Shown: piece by piece, positions 1 through 13,663 of the stretch
Layout: the number at the start of each line of letters is the position of its first letter
How positions within the stretch are numbered: position 1 is the first letter of the stretch
Assembly (NCBI RefSeq): GCF_006345805.1
Contig: NW_021832426.1
Location: forward strand, 1 to 59,663
Direction: 5' to 3'
DNA from: Octopus sinensis
Lineage: Eukaryota
Length of the DNA stretch: 59,663 nt
Translations under genes and position numbers: made by a program
The notes under the pieces: generated by a model
Database searches by the model: none
Told to the model about the DNA's origin: nothing
Seen by the model: the letters and a program-made list of their open reading frames with translations, nothing else

Positions 1-358
1 ACGAAATCCTCATCACCACTGTTATGTCGTACGTTCGGATGCCTCTACTACTCTGCTCTCCACTACTATACTCTGTTCTAGTCTACCTAGTCTCCTTCTA
101 TATCTACGTATTGGGCTAGCCTGGGCCTAGATTATTGCAATTTTAGTATATTATAAGCTGACCTGCCAACTTTTCATTCCAGACTTAAGGACATAGCTGC
201 AACAGCATTTCGAACACACCCTACTAAACACTGCTTGTCACAGCTGGCTAGTTTGCCGAATGCAGCTGTTGGAATGTGTAGACCACTTGGAAGCTTGCTA
301 TGCAATAAAGCATGGGCGTCCACCCAACAGTATGAAAATTTACATTAAGCTGGCATCT

Positions 359-790
359 CTTGAGAGGTGGTTGGATGGAACCTACACTCGCCCAGAAACC
401 TGGACGTTATCAAAGAAGCTTGAGAGGCGGTTGGATGGAACCTACACTCGCCTCCTTATGAGAGCTCAAAATCTATCGTGGAAGCGCCATCTAACCAAAA
501 TGCAAATATATGGGAAACTACCACCTGTGTCATCTCATGTGAAAGGTAGGAGAGTCCAGTTTGCTGGACATTGTTGTAGAGCTGAAAAAGAGGTAATTTC
601 TACTCTCCTCTTCTGGAAGCCATCTACTCGCAATACCAGAGGGCGCACACTCTCCTACCCTGATGTAATCTCCAGGGATACAGGCATCCAGCAACAGGAC
701 CTCCGTAATGCCATGATGGACCGTGAAGTCTGGCGTAGCATGGTAAATTCCATTGTCTCGACCACGGTCGAACAATGAATGATGAATGAA
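359..790 (+). mobile_element. 3' fragment of an RTE-clade non-LTR retrotransposon (5'-truncated)
   Basis: Translation ETWTLSKKLERRLDGTYTRLLMRAQNLSWK...RRVQFAGHCCR...AMMDREVWRSMV is the typical RTE post-RT C-terminus. It is followed by a short (TGAA/TGA)n tail after the stop at 778. Confidence 0.85.
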
Positions 791-924
791 TTGATTATTT
801 CCTAATCATAATAATGATGATTACTAGTGTAAATAGATTCTAGTTTTAAAATATGGAGGTTAAAAAAAAGAAAGAAAATTCATTGATATTTTATAAAAAA
901 ACAAAACAAATTTCATTATCTGTA

Positions 925-1305
925 TCTCTTTTACTCTTTTACTTGTTTCAGTCATTTTGACTGCGGCCATGCTGGAGCACCGCCTTTAGTCGAGCAAATC
1001 GACCCCAGCACTTATTCTTTGTACGCCTAGTACTTATTCTATCGGTCTCTTTTTGCCGAACCGCTAAGTCACGGGGACGTAAACGCACAAGCATTGGTTC
1101 TCAAGTGATGTTGGGGGGACAAACACAGACACACAAACATATACAAACACACACATACATATATACATATATACGACGGGCTTCTTTCAGTTTCCATCTA
1201 CCAAATCCACTCACAAGGCTTTGGTCGGCTCGAGGGTACAGTGGAAGACACGTGCCCAAGGTGCCACGCAGTGGGACTGAACCCAGAACTATGTGGTTGG
1301 TAAGT
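925..1305 (-). mobile_element. SINE family A (tRNA-like head, internal TA/TG microsatellite)
   Basis: Reverse complement of the family A sequence seen many times in the window (e.g. 41772-42180). Confidence 0.85.
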
Positions 1306-1609
1306 CGAGGGCCGCACAACACCATGTCGAGGGCCGTATGCGGTCCGGGGTGGGCCACAGGTTGCCCATGCATGCTTTATTGCATAGCAAGCTTCCAAGT
1401 GGTCTACACATTCCAACAGCTGCATTCGGCAAACTAGCCAGCTGTGACAAGCAGTGTTTAGTAGGGTGTGTTCCAAATGCTGTTTCAACTTTGTCCTTAA
1501 GTCCGGAATGAAAAGTTATTATATACTAAAATTACAATAATCTAGGCCATTATAACTACCTCTCCTAAAAAAAGTCTCAAAACTTCTGGAATCCACTTTG
1601 TATGCAACA

Positions 1610-1861
<252 letters not shown>

Positions 1862-1870
<9 letters not shown>

Positions 1871-2369
1871 AAACTGTAGTTGTGTGAGTGTCTGTCCCCT
1901 TCGATTTAGATTCCTAACTTCTCCCACATTTTGCGGTGCAGTTTAACCAAATTCGGGTATCTTATAGTCGTGATTCATATCGAGCCCGTCTGAGTATAGC
2001 ACGCGTCTACGATGAGTCTACGATTTTAAAAATAATTTAACATCATTTTTTATTCCATTTTAATGCATAATTTTTCGTGTGTCGATGGCGGAGGAGTTGG
2101 CGTCCATGGTCACACCTGCACCTGTTTGCTTCTCCTTCTTCTTCCCTCCCTCGTGAAGCTGTGGGGAAGGGAGTGTAAGGAAATCAACGTCGTAAAGTGT
2201 TGTCAAGGAGACCAGCGTTCTTTTAGAACAACGACTTATTGGCTTCAAGACACCAAAACAGAAATGGCTAAGAAAGCCCGAATTGGCATCTATAAAGGAA
2301 GTAACTCTCTAAAAATGCTTATATAGTTATTTCCCTTACAAACCAAGCAACGCCGGGCGATACTGCTAG
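1862..2369 (+). mobile_element. Non-autonomous Helitron, family 1
   Basis: Ends with GC-rich hairpin-like AGCAACGCCGGG then CTAG|T. The 5' part matches 19352-19586 and 53020-53260. Confidence 0.8.
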
Positions 2370-2997
2370 TATATATATATATATGATTGCATGTATAGTA
2401 TGTATATATATATATATAATATATATATATATATATGTATGGATGTATGTATGTATGCATATGTATGTATATATGTATATGGGTGTGTGTGAATGTATGT
2501 ATATGTATATATATATATATATTACATATATATATATACATATATATATATACAATACATATACATACATACATACATACATACATACATACATACATAC
2601 ATACATACACACATACATACATACAAAGCCCGAATTGGCATCTATAAAGGAAGTAACTCTCTAAAAATGCTTATATAGTTATTTCCCTTACAAACCGAGC
2701 AACGCCGGGCGATACTGCTAGTATATATATATATATAGATGATTGATGTATATGTATATATATTATATATATATATAATATAATATATATATATAATATA
2801 TATTATATATATATGTGTATGGATGTATGTATGTATGCATATGTATGTATATATGCATATGGGTGTGTGTGTGATGTATGTATATGTATACATATATATA
2901 TATACATATATATATATACATTATATACATACATATACATACATACATACATACATACATACATACATACATACATACATACATACATACATACATA
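2273..2997 (+). repeat. Tandem duplication (~350-bp unit) of Helitron 3' end plus downstream microsatellite flank
   Basis: AAAGCCCGAATTGGCATC...ATACTGCTAGT occurs at 2273-2370 and 2625-2722, each followed by the same complex microsatellite. Confidence 0.85.
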
Positions 2998-3161
2998 CTG
3001 CTGTGGTGTGTAAGAGTGGGCAAACAAGAGTTAAAATATCTTACAAAAAGAAAATAACAATCACAAAATTTAACTCGTTCAAATTTTCTTCATATTTTCG
3101 CGTACACGAAACCACAAAGTTTAAAAGTCATCAAAAAAAACACCGCAGACAAGCAATGTAG

Positions 3162-3227
3162 TAAAGCAATGAAATGTAATAAAGCAATGAAATGTAATAA
3201 AGCATGATGAAATGTAATAAAGCAATG
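3162..3227 (+). repeat. 18-bp minisatellite (TAAAGCAATGAAATGTAA) x ~3.5
   Basis: Seen directly. Confidence 0.85.
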
Positions 3228-3354
3228 GCGTTTGCTTGTAAGAGCGCTTTAAATCCACGTGGTTTTAAAACGAAACCACGTGATTTCTCGTTCCCCCGTG
3301 CCGACAAATCGTTGTGAAGGATCTGCTAAGCACGAATGTGTGGAAACCGTCGTA

Positions 3355-3522
3355 GACATACATACATACATACATACATACATACATACATAGTATACAT
3401 ATATACATACACATACATACTTACATAGTATACATATATACATACATACATGCATAAATACATACATACATACATACATACATACATACATACATACATA
3501 CACACATACATACATACATACA

Positions 3523-3556
<34 letters not shown>

Positions 3557-3662
3557 CATACATACATACTTACATACATACATACATGCATACATACATA
3601 CATACATACATACATGCATACATACATACATACTTGCATAGTATACATATATACATACATAC

Positions 3663-3693
<31 letters not shown>

Positions 3694-4070
3694 CATACAT
3701 ACATACATACAAACATACATACTTGCATACATACATACATACATACATGCATACATACATACATACATGCATACATACATAGTATACATATATACATACA
3801 TACATGCATACATACATACATACATACATACATGCATGCATACATACATACATACATACTTGCATACATACATACATACATGCATACATACATACATACA
3901 TACATACATACATACATACATACATGCATACATACATACATGCATACATACATAGTATACATACATACATACATACATACATACATACATACATACATAC
4001 ATACATACATACACATACATACATACATACATACATACATACATACATACATGCATGTATACATGCATGT
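3355..4070. repeat. (TACA)n imperfect tetranucleotide array
   Basis: Seen directly; source of the MYVC/HTYI pseudo-ORFs. Confidence 0.95.
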
Positions 4071-4104
4071 ATGTATTTATGTATGTATGTGTGCGTCTTT
4101 GTCA

Positions 4105-4305
4105 TTGTGTGTGTCCCCACCACCGCTTGACGATCGGTGCTGGTTTGTTTATGGCCACGTGACATAGCTACGGTTCGGCAAAGAGGCCGAAAGGATAAGC
4201 ACCGGGCTTAGAAATAAGTACTTGGGTTTGATTTCTTCGACCAAATCCTTCAAGGCAATGCCCTTGTTCGGCTGCAGTCCACTCACACTCACTGACACAA
4301 GTAAA
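4105..4305 (+). mobile_element. Degenerate 3' half of SINE family A
   Basis: GCTTGACGATCGGTGCTGGT...CGGTTCGGCAAAG...ACAAGTAAAAGA resembles the family A tail. Confidence 0.65.
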
Positions 4306-4383
4306 AGATTCTGTTTACATCGGACACACATGCACGGCGCTCCGTCGTTGATTATTTTCGTATTTACAACAACGAACTATACC

Positions 4384-5078
<695 letters not shown>

Positions 5079-5384
5079 ACTGACATGAACCATATATCAA
5101 GTGAATGTCAACATATGCATACATTTACGTTTGTCGTACAAAAACTTCACAATAAATTAAGAGAGAAACGCATTTGAATGAGAGAAAAATAGAGTAACGG
5201 AGAATGGGGGGGCTCGGTGCGGGGTCAGCATGATATTGTAGAGGGAGACACGTGTCAGTATATCAGGGAGAGACGAGGAAGGGGAAGGGGTAGATAAGAA
5301 ATTAGAGCAGCGAGTTCGTATGTACGTATGTATGTATGTATGTATGTACATACACAGACACACACACATATATATGTATTATTT

Positions 5385-5586
5385 ATGCGCCCTTTTCAAG
5401 CCTAGCCAGGCTCATAGGCCCGGTTTCTGTGGCGTATGTGTGCCCCCCCGCCAGCTGCGTTAACCCAAGAAACAGGAAGAAAGAGTGAGAGAAAGTTGGG
5501 GCGAAAGAGTACAACGGGGGTCGCCACCACCCCTGCCAGGAATCGAAACCGCGATCCTCCGACTGCGAGTGCGCTGCCCTGACCAT
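5385..5586 (-). mobile_element. SINE with family B-type tRNA head and a different 3' tail
   Basis: GGAATCGAAACCGCGATCC...GCTGCCCTGACCA and the AAAGAGTGAGAGAAAGTTG body match family B; the tail does not. Confidence 0.7.
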
Positions 5587-5878
5587 ATATTATTTAATTT
5601 GCTTTGCGGGAAGGACTGTTATAATGAAGTCGCATCTTGTCCCTACCTTCGAAAAGCGTAGATAAAACAGGGGTAAACTGATGAACGGTTTCTTCTTTAA
5701 GTTGCCTGTCTCATTTCTCTATTTGTTTCTTTCGTTGTTCGAAAGAAAGTTCGTTTTCCATGCTTTTGCTTTTTATGTTCTTGTTTCTAATTTTGTTCAC
5801 GTTCTTTTGACGTCCTGTACCCATATATGCATGTATATATACATATATATGTAGGCATGAACATGTATTGTGTATATA

Positions 5879-5924
<46 letters not shown>

Positions 5925-5932
5925 CATGTATA

Positions 5933-6004
<72 letters not shown>

Positions 6005-6642
6005 TGTAAATATATACATCTGTAGGTGCTTGTGTGCGTGAGTGTAAATATATATATATATATATTTATACACACACACACACACACACACAGTGAGATA
6101 CATACATACATACCAGGCACGTGTCGTCAATAATTACTCAGGGTAGGCAGTTGGTGACTTTTATGTAGTAAAACACACACAAAAAAGAAATAAACGAAAC
6201 ACAGACGCGCGACTGAGTTGAAGGCAGATTTACTTCTGCCTTTGTAGCACGTAAAAAAAAACGGTGTTGTAGGAGTGTACGCAGCATGTGTACTACAAGA
6301 GTGCTATGCGTAGCTGTTATGTCGCACGTTCGGATGCCTCTACTACTCTGCTCTACTCTGCTCTCTCTGACGACTAGACTTCTCCCTCTATATCTACATA
6401 TTGGGCTAGCCTATTTTATCGTCTGGGGGCGTCCACACAACAGTAGCTTAAATACTCAGATTGATAGGCAGGAGCCGAAGTATAAAATATTTTGCATATT
6501 TTATGCATAGTAATCAGACTGACCTTCATAATTTTATTGAATTAGGTGCATATTTTGCCATAAAAGGAAAATGTTGCTATCGATATATTTTATACATACA
6601 CACATAGCCTACTTTGCCTATCTGGGGGCCCCACGTCCCCGG

Positions 6643-6878
6643 TACATACACACATACATACATACACATATACATACATACATACATACATACATACATA
6701 CATACATACACACATACACACATACATACATACATACACACATACACACATACATACATACATACATACATACATACACACATACACACATACATACATA
6801 CATACATACACCACACACACATACATACATACATACATACATACATACATACATACATACATACATACATACATACAT
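6643..6878. repeat. (TACA)n array
   Basis: Seen directly. Confidence 0.95.
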
Positions 6879-7017
6879 GTACTATAAACATGTAACCCAG
6901 TACAACCTGTTGCATGGTCGGGCCATCGGCGACTAAACCGGCAACCCCACTAACTTGCTAGGTGAGGAGGGTGTTTATTGGACACCCTGCGGGATGAAAA
7001 ACAAAACATACATACAT

Positions 7018-7414
7018 GAGTGGGTGTGTGGTATGTAGCTTGTTTACCAACCACATGGTTCTGGGTTCAGTCCCACTGCGTGGCACCTTGGGCAAGTGTC
7101 TACTACTATAGCCTCGGGCCGACCAAAGCCTTCTGAGTGGATTTGGTAGACGGAAACTAAAAGAAGCCTGTTGTATATATGTATATGTATGTATATATGT
7201 GTGTGTGTTTGCATGTCTGTGTTTGTCCCCTAACATCGCTTGACAACCGATGCACGTGTGTTTACGTCCCTGTAACTTAGCGGTTCGGCAAAAGAGACCG
7301 ATAGACTAAGTACTAGGCTTACAAAGAATAAGTCCTGGGGTCGATTTGCTCGACTAAAGGCGGTGCTCCAGCATGGCCACAGTCAAATGACTGAAACAAG
7401 TAAAAGAGAGAGTA
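7018..7414 (+). mobile_element. SINE family A, near full length
   Basis: GAGTGGGTGTGTGGTA...GGTTCAGTCCC (A/B-box like) to ...GAAACAAGTAAAAGAG. Confidence 0.85.
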
Positions 7415-7624
7415 AAGTGTATACAATACATACATACATACATACATACATACATACATACGTACGTACGTACATACTACATACATCATACATACATACA
7501 TACATACATACGTACGTACGTACGTACGTACGTACATACATACATACGTACGTACGTACGTACATACATACATACATACATACATACATACATACATACA
7601 TACATACGTACGTACGTACATAGG

Positions 7625-7772
7625 TCGGGCTCCTTTCAATTTTTCCATCCGCCAAATGCACTCACACGGCTTTGGTCGATTCAAGGCAGACGACACTTGA
7701 TCAAGGTGCTGTACAGTGGGAATATACCCGAAGCCATGTTGGCTGGAAAACAAGTTTCTTGCCACACAGCCA
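7625..7772 (-). mobile_element. Degenerate 5' half of SINE family A
   Basis: Diverged match to the reverse complement of the family A head. Confidence 0.55.
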
Positions 7773-7995
7773 GGAGAAAGAAACGAGGTTGAGTAATATG
7801 AGTTCTACCGCTCTACTAGAAATGTTACCCACATATCCCTCAAATCACAGCCTACCGTTTTAAAACCCGAAGGTCACGTCGAATAACGGAATAACTTCTT
7901 TAAAAACAACACTAATAGTAATAGCAACATAACCGCCATTGCGCCTCCACTATATATATGCTATGTATATATATTATATATATATTATATATATA

Positions 7996-8032
<37 letters not shown>

Positions 8033-8380
8033 AGTATATATAATCTATATATATATATCTATATCTATATATATATATAGATATATATATATATATTATG
8101 TATGTATGAATGTATATATCTATCTATATTCATCTATCTATCTATCTATATATCTCTCTCTCTCTCTCTCTCTCTTATATATATAATATATATGACAGGC
8201 TTCTTTCAACAACAACAACATCAACAACAAACCCACATACAAATCAAGTTTTGGCTGCAAGTAAAGTTGGCCTGGATTCATTCTATCCGTGTAAAAGACA
8301 GGATGATCACGGCTGGAAGACCTTTGATGATTCGTATCAAAGCAGTGTTGGACAAATGTTGCTGTTGCTGCTACTACTAG

Positions 8381-8446
<66 letters not shown>

Positions 8447-8447
<1 letters not shown>

Positions 8448-8912
8448 CCTTTCTAATAGAGGCACAAGGTCTGACGTTTGACGGAGCGGAAAGTCGATTA
8501 TATCGATCCCAGTACTCAACTGGTACTTAAGTTATTGACCCCCACCCCCACCAAGGATGACAGGTAAAGTCGGGACCGGCAGAATTTGAACTCAGAGCGT
8601 GAAGGCGGACGAAATACCGCTAAGCATTTTGCCCCATGTGCTAACGATTCTCCCAGTTCACCGGCAACAACAACAACAATAATAATAATAATAATAATAA
8701 TCATTTCTACTGGAAGCACAGGGCCTCAAACTTGGGGGAAAGGGTTTAAGTCGATTACATCGACCCAAATGCGTAACTGGTACTAATTTTGTCGACCCTG
8801 AAAGGATGGAAAGCAAAGTCGACCTCGGCGGAATTTGAACTCAGAACGTAACGGCAGACGAAATACCACGAAGCATTTTGCCCGGCGTGCTAACGATACT
8901 TCCAGTTCGCCA
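8447..8912 (-). mobile_element. Two diverged copies of SINE family C (8447-8665, 8700-8912) among (AAT)n tracts
   Basis: GGCGGAATTTGAACTCAGAAC...GACGAAATACC...CGTGCTAACGA motif shared with 14550-14780. Confidence 0.75.
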
Positions 8913-8914
8913 CC

Positions 8915-8979
<65 letters not shown>

Positions 8980-9021
8980 CATCATCATCATCATCATTAT
9001 TATTATTATTATTATTATTAT

Positions 9022-9569
9022 TGAGTGAGCGAGCAGAGCATGCCATCAAAGTGACACTGGGGTAAAATATACGAAGCCCAGTATACCCATCATGACTACC
9101 CGTCTGATAAGGGTACACCAGGCACATGCATCACAACCATATGTGCGCGACATGGTGATCTCATATCAAGATAAACAGCACATGACCTTGCAGGTGGAGC
9201 CCAGTTAGAATTTTCTTCAGATCGAGCAACCCATCCCGCTCAAAAGGTCCCTGAATAAGGGTTGTTTAAGGACGTTGAACGAAACACCTATTTTTCCAGA
9301 GGTGAATTATTCAAACCCCAAAGAATCCCTCTCAACACATGGCTATGATGCTCCCCCACTACTTCTGCTCGTGATCAGAGATGCACATATCGTCAGCCAC
9401 TAAGGGGCATACTCAACTGGTTAAGGTCAAACAACTGACAAGCAAATCTGTGGTATTGAGCAGAATATTTGCTGTAGCCCATCTTTTATACCAAGACAAA
9501 ACAATGTACATGATAACACTTCCAATCAGCAGAAGCCATGAGAGCCAATGCCTGGTACTGCATCAGGGC
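9022..9569. mobile_element. ~550-bp non-coding interspersed element embedded in (TAT)n
   Basis: Complex sequence with (TAT)n tracts immediately on both sides and no credible ORF. A Dong/R4-dependent origin is an inference. Confidence 0.5.
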
Positions 9570-9619
<50 letters not shown>

Positions 9620-9744
9620 TATTATTATCATTGTTATTATTATTATTTCTACTCCAGGCAGAAGGCCTTGAAAAGTTTTAGGGAAAGAGGATAAGTCAAT
9701 TACATCGAGATATAGAAAAAAAAAATAGCAATGTACCAGGACCT

Positions 9745-10000
9745 AGCCATTGGGAACTACCCCCTAAAGATCTGAACGGATGGGTAGAGGAAATGGGCAT
9801 AAAACCCCAGTTTAGTACAGCTCCAGAAAACAGTGTTATTAGGGACAGCTAGGATACTTTGGAGGGTCCTTGGCATCTTAGGTTACTTGTTGTAGCCCGA
9901 TGTTAGGATTGTTTTTTTTTCTTTTCCAACACTCTAATCTGTTGTGTGTATATGAAATTAGAATTAATGATAATCGCGATGATGATGATGATGATGATTA
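9745..10000 (+). mobile_element. 3' end of a Dong/R4-like non-LTR retrotransposon
   Basis: Translates to ...LVQLQKTVLLGTARILWRVLGI*, the typical R4/Dong C-terminus. A short 3' UTR and (GAT)n tail follow. Confidence 0.75.
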
Positions 10001-10146
10001 ATGATTCTTTTTAATTTTGGCACCAGGCCACCAATTTTTTGAGGGGACGGGGCAAGTCGATTACATCGACCCTAGATTACTTGACTGGCACTTTATTTTA
10101 TCGACCCTTGACCAACGAAAGACAAAAGCAAACTAGGCGGCGAGGT

Positions 10147-10184
<38 letters not shown>

Positions 10185-10235
10185 TATCACCACTATCACC
10201 ATCACCATAACTACTACTACTACTAATACTACTAC

Positions 10236-10267
<32 letters not shown>

Positions 10268-10342
10268 TATCACCACTATCACCATCACCATAACTACTAC
10301 TACTACTACTACTAGTAGTAGTAGTAGTAGTAGTAGTAGTAG
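10147..10342. repeat. (ACT)n/(AGT)n trinucleotide region with internal duplication
   Basis: Seen directly. Confidence 0.9.
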
Positions 10343-10844
10343 CGCATGTCAACGAAAGCTCATCTACGTAATTGCACGACCCTACTAGAAATAGCAGCGA
10401 AATGTCCCCTTTAAATTACACCACGCCGTCTTTAAAGATAAAATGAAGAAAAGAAAAAAAAATAGGGGATAACCAGCCACATTGAATTATAGTGGCGGGT
10501 GTGGGTGTGGTAAAGTAACAAAAAAATGAACGTAACAAAAAAAAACAAGAAATTACAAAACAAAAAAAACAATACGGATGCGTGAGTTTGTATGTGTGTG
10601 TGTGTATTTGCGCGCGCGCAAACACACATACACATATACAAACAAATACAGACATACACACAGGTACAAAAATAACGAACAACAAAACGTAGAATATACT
10701 AGAATGTCTTACCTGTGTCGGGACTAGAAGAGAGACAGGACACAGAGAGAGAGAGAGAGAGAGAGACAGAAAGAGAGAGAGAGGGGGAGTCTGAGAGTTT
10801 GGGAGAGTGACTTGATATCTTAATAAGCCTCGGCGTACATTCCA

Positions 10845-10889
<45 letters not shown>

Positions 10890-11250
10890 AGGCGTAGAAA
10901 AATAAAAAGGCGACGAACAGGACACGCAATCCAAAAGAAGTCCGTTTAGGTAGACACCACAGAGAAGCCTTCCAAGTTCATTGAGAACTTCAGCGCTGTT
11001 GCTTAGTGAGTGGTTGGTTGTTTTTTGCACACGATCGTATATCAGCGTTATCAGAAAACGAAGTGGTATGGCTGGTTTGTGTGTGACAACAGTCTTGTTT
11101 TTTTTTCTCTTTCCCGTTCCTTTTCTTTTCTTTTCGTTTCTCATTCTTTCTTTCTTTCTTTCTTCGCCCCTCCTCCCTCCCGCCGCTGCCACATCCTGTT
11201 ACCCAATTACACGAATCAATACCTACCTGTGACTGACTGACAAGCCTAAC

Positions 11251-12083
11251 GACAATATCGTACCTGGAGCGAAGGTGAAGAAAAGAACAATAAAGAAAAA
11301 AAAATAATAAATAAATTAAAGAGAATTTTTCAAGGGAGACTACTTATACATGCATCTCTTTGCACAAGATTAAAGTGGTAGTTCACTCCTTTTAAAACTT
11401 TTATATATATTTTTTAGCTTTTTATTTGTTTGTCGTTAGACCACGGCTATGATTGGGTACTCTCTCTTTTTACTCTTTTACTTGTTTCAGTCATTTGACT
11501 GCGGCCATGCTGGAGCACCGCCTTTAGTCGAGCAACTCGACCCCGGGACTTATTCTTTTGCAAGCCCAGTACTTATTCTATCGGTCTGTTTTGCCGAACC
11601 GCTAAGTAACGGGGACATAAACACACCAGCATCGGTTGTCAAGCAATACTAGGGGAACAAACGCAGACACACAAACACACGCACGCATATATATATATAC
11701 ATATATACGACGGGCTTCTTTCAGTTTTAGTCTACCAAATCCACTCACAAGGCTTTGGTCGGCACGAGGCTATAGTAGAAGACATTTGCCCAAGGTGCCA
11801 TGCAGTGGGACTGAACCCGTTGAAGAATTTTTGACTGAACCTCGTTGAAGAATTTTTGTCGAATCTATCGACCTCAGTATAATTTTTTATAAGCCTGGCA
11901 TTTATTGTATCGGTCTCTAGGCGAGTCGCTAAGTTATGCCGACGTAAACACACCAACATCGGTTGTCATGCAATGGTGGAGGACACACACATACACACAT
12001 ACACACACATATTTATATATATATATAGTTGCAGCCACTTGGTACCGGTATATATTTACATACATATATAATATATATATATA

Positions 12084-12154
<71 letters not shown>

Positions 12155-12163
12155 TATATATAT

Positions 12164-12197
<34 letters not shown>

Positions 12198-12984
12198 ATA
12201 CATATATATATCATATATATATGTAAATACATATGTATATATGAGTGACAACCTGGCCACTGGTGGTGGTGTAACACACCATACTAATCATGTCTCTCGG
12301 GCATGTGGAAGAGAGTGTAATTCGGCAGGAGAACTTAAACGACATGCAAAGGTACATGAAGCCTAGTTACAACTACAGCCGGCTATTACCGGTAAAGGTT
12401 TTAGTTGCCAATTTTGTACAAGACATTGTAGATCTTTAGCTGGGCTAAAAAGTCACATTCGATCACAGCACCAATAACAGCTTCGTGCAATGGCCATACT
12501 CGATAACGAGGGGGCAGCCGTAAATATATATATATGATGAGCTTCTTTCAGTTTCCATCTACCAAGTCCACTCACAAGGCATTGATCGGCCCGAGGCTAT
12601 AGTAGAAAACACTTGCCCAAGGTGCCAGGCATCGGTACTGAACCCCGTACCAAGTGGCTGCAACTATATATATATATATAAATATGTGTGTGTATGTGTG
12701 TGTGTGGGTGTCCTCCACCATTGCATGACAACCGATGTTGGTGTGTTTACGTCGGCATAACTTAGCGACTCGCCTAGAGACCGATACAATAAATGCCAGG
12801 CTTATAAAAAATTATACTGAGGTCGATAGATTCGACAAAAATTCTTCAACGGGTTCAGTCCCACTGCGTGGCACCTTGGGTAAGTGTCTTCTACTATAGC
12901 CTCGGCCCGACAAAAGCCTTGTGAGTGGATTTGGTAGACTGAAGCTGAAAGAAGCCCGTCGTATATATGTATGTATATATATAT

Positions 12985-13044
<60 letters not shown>

Positions 13045-13494
13045 CATGTGCGTGTGTTTGTGTGTCTGTGTTTGTTCCCCTAGTATTGCTTGACAACCGA
13101 TGCTGGTGTGTTTATGTCCCCGTTACTTAGCGGTTCGGCAACACCGAACGATAGAATAAGAACTGGGCTTGCAAAAGAATAAGTCCCGGGGTCGAGTTGC
13201 TCGACTAAAGGCGGTGCTTCAGCATGGCCGCAGTCAAATGACTGAAACAAGTAAAAGCGTAAAAAGAGAGAGAGAGAGAGAGAGTACCCAATCATGGCCG
13301 TAGTCTAACGACAAACAAATTAGAAGCTAAAAAATATATATAAAAGTTTTAAAGGGAGTGAACTACCCCTTTTAATCTTGTGCAAAGAGATGCATGTATA
13401 AGTAGTCTCCCTTGAAACAAATTCTCTTTAATTTATTTATTATTTTTTTCCTTATTGTGCTTTTCTTCACCTTCGCTCCAGGTATAATATTGCC
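11251..13494. repeat. Large inverted repeat: arms 11251-12045 and 12647-13494, ~600-bp spacer
   Basis: Unique sequence TACCTGGAGCGAAGGTGAAGAAAAG...GATTGGGTAC plus SINE A copies in the left arm recur reverse-complemented in the right arm. Confidence 0.9.
12245..12520 (+). mobile_element. Probable RTE-type LINE 3' end with two CCHH-like motifs
   Basis: SRACGRECNSAGELKRHAKVH*...FSCQFCTRHCRSLAGLKSHIRSQH. One in-frame stop; flanked by (TA)n; sits inside an older SINE A. Confidence 0.55.
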
Positions 13495-13663
13495 ATGAAA
13501 CAACCTCAATTCTGGGAAGAGGGTATTTTCAAGTTAAAGGAAAGATGGAGACGCATTGTGCAACAAAATGGTTCATATTTAGTTGATTAAAAATGTAATG
13601 GCAGGTATTCATTGACCTTTTTCTTTCCTTTAAAAATCGGCACAAACTTTCCGGACAACCCAA
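13495..13663 (+). mobile_element. Mariner 3' fragment with right TIR
   Basis: MKQPQFWEEGIFKLKERWRRIVQQNG, then AAATCGGCACAAACTTTCCGGACAACCCAA|TA. Nearly identical to 18418-18586. Confidence 0.85.

Noticed and set aside
5640-5695. Hammerhead from CGAAA...CTGATGA
   Set aside because: Core words are present, but I could not form convincing stems I and III.
10416-11192. 258-aa minus-strand ORF
   Set aside because: It runs through (TA)n, (CT)n and poly-T low-complexity tracts, with no domain signal.
12245-12480. Host C2H2 zinc-finger gene
   Set aside because: In-frame stop, no TGEKP linkers, first motif defective, and inserted in (TA)n within a SINE. It fits a LINE C-terminus better.
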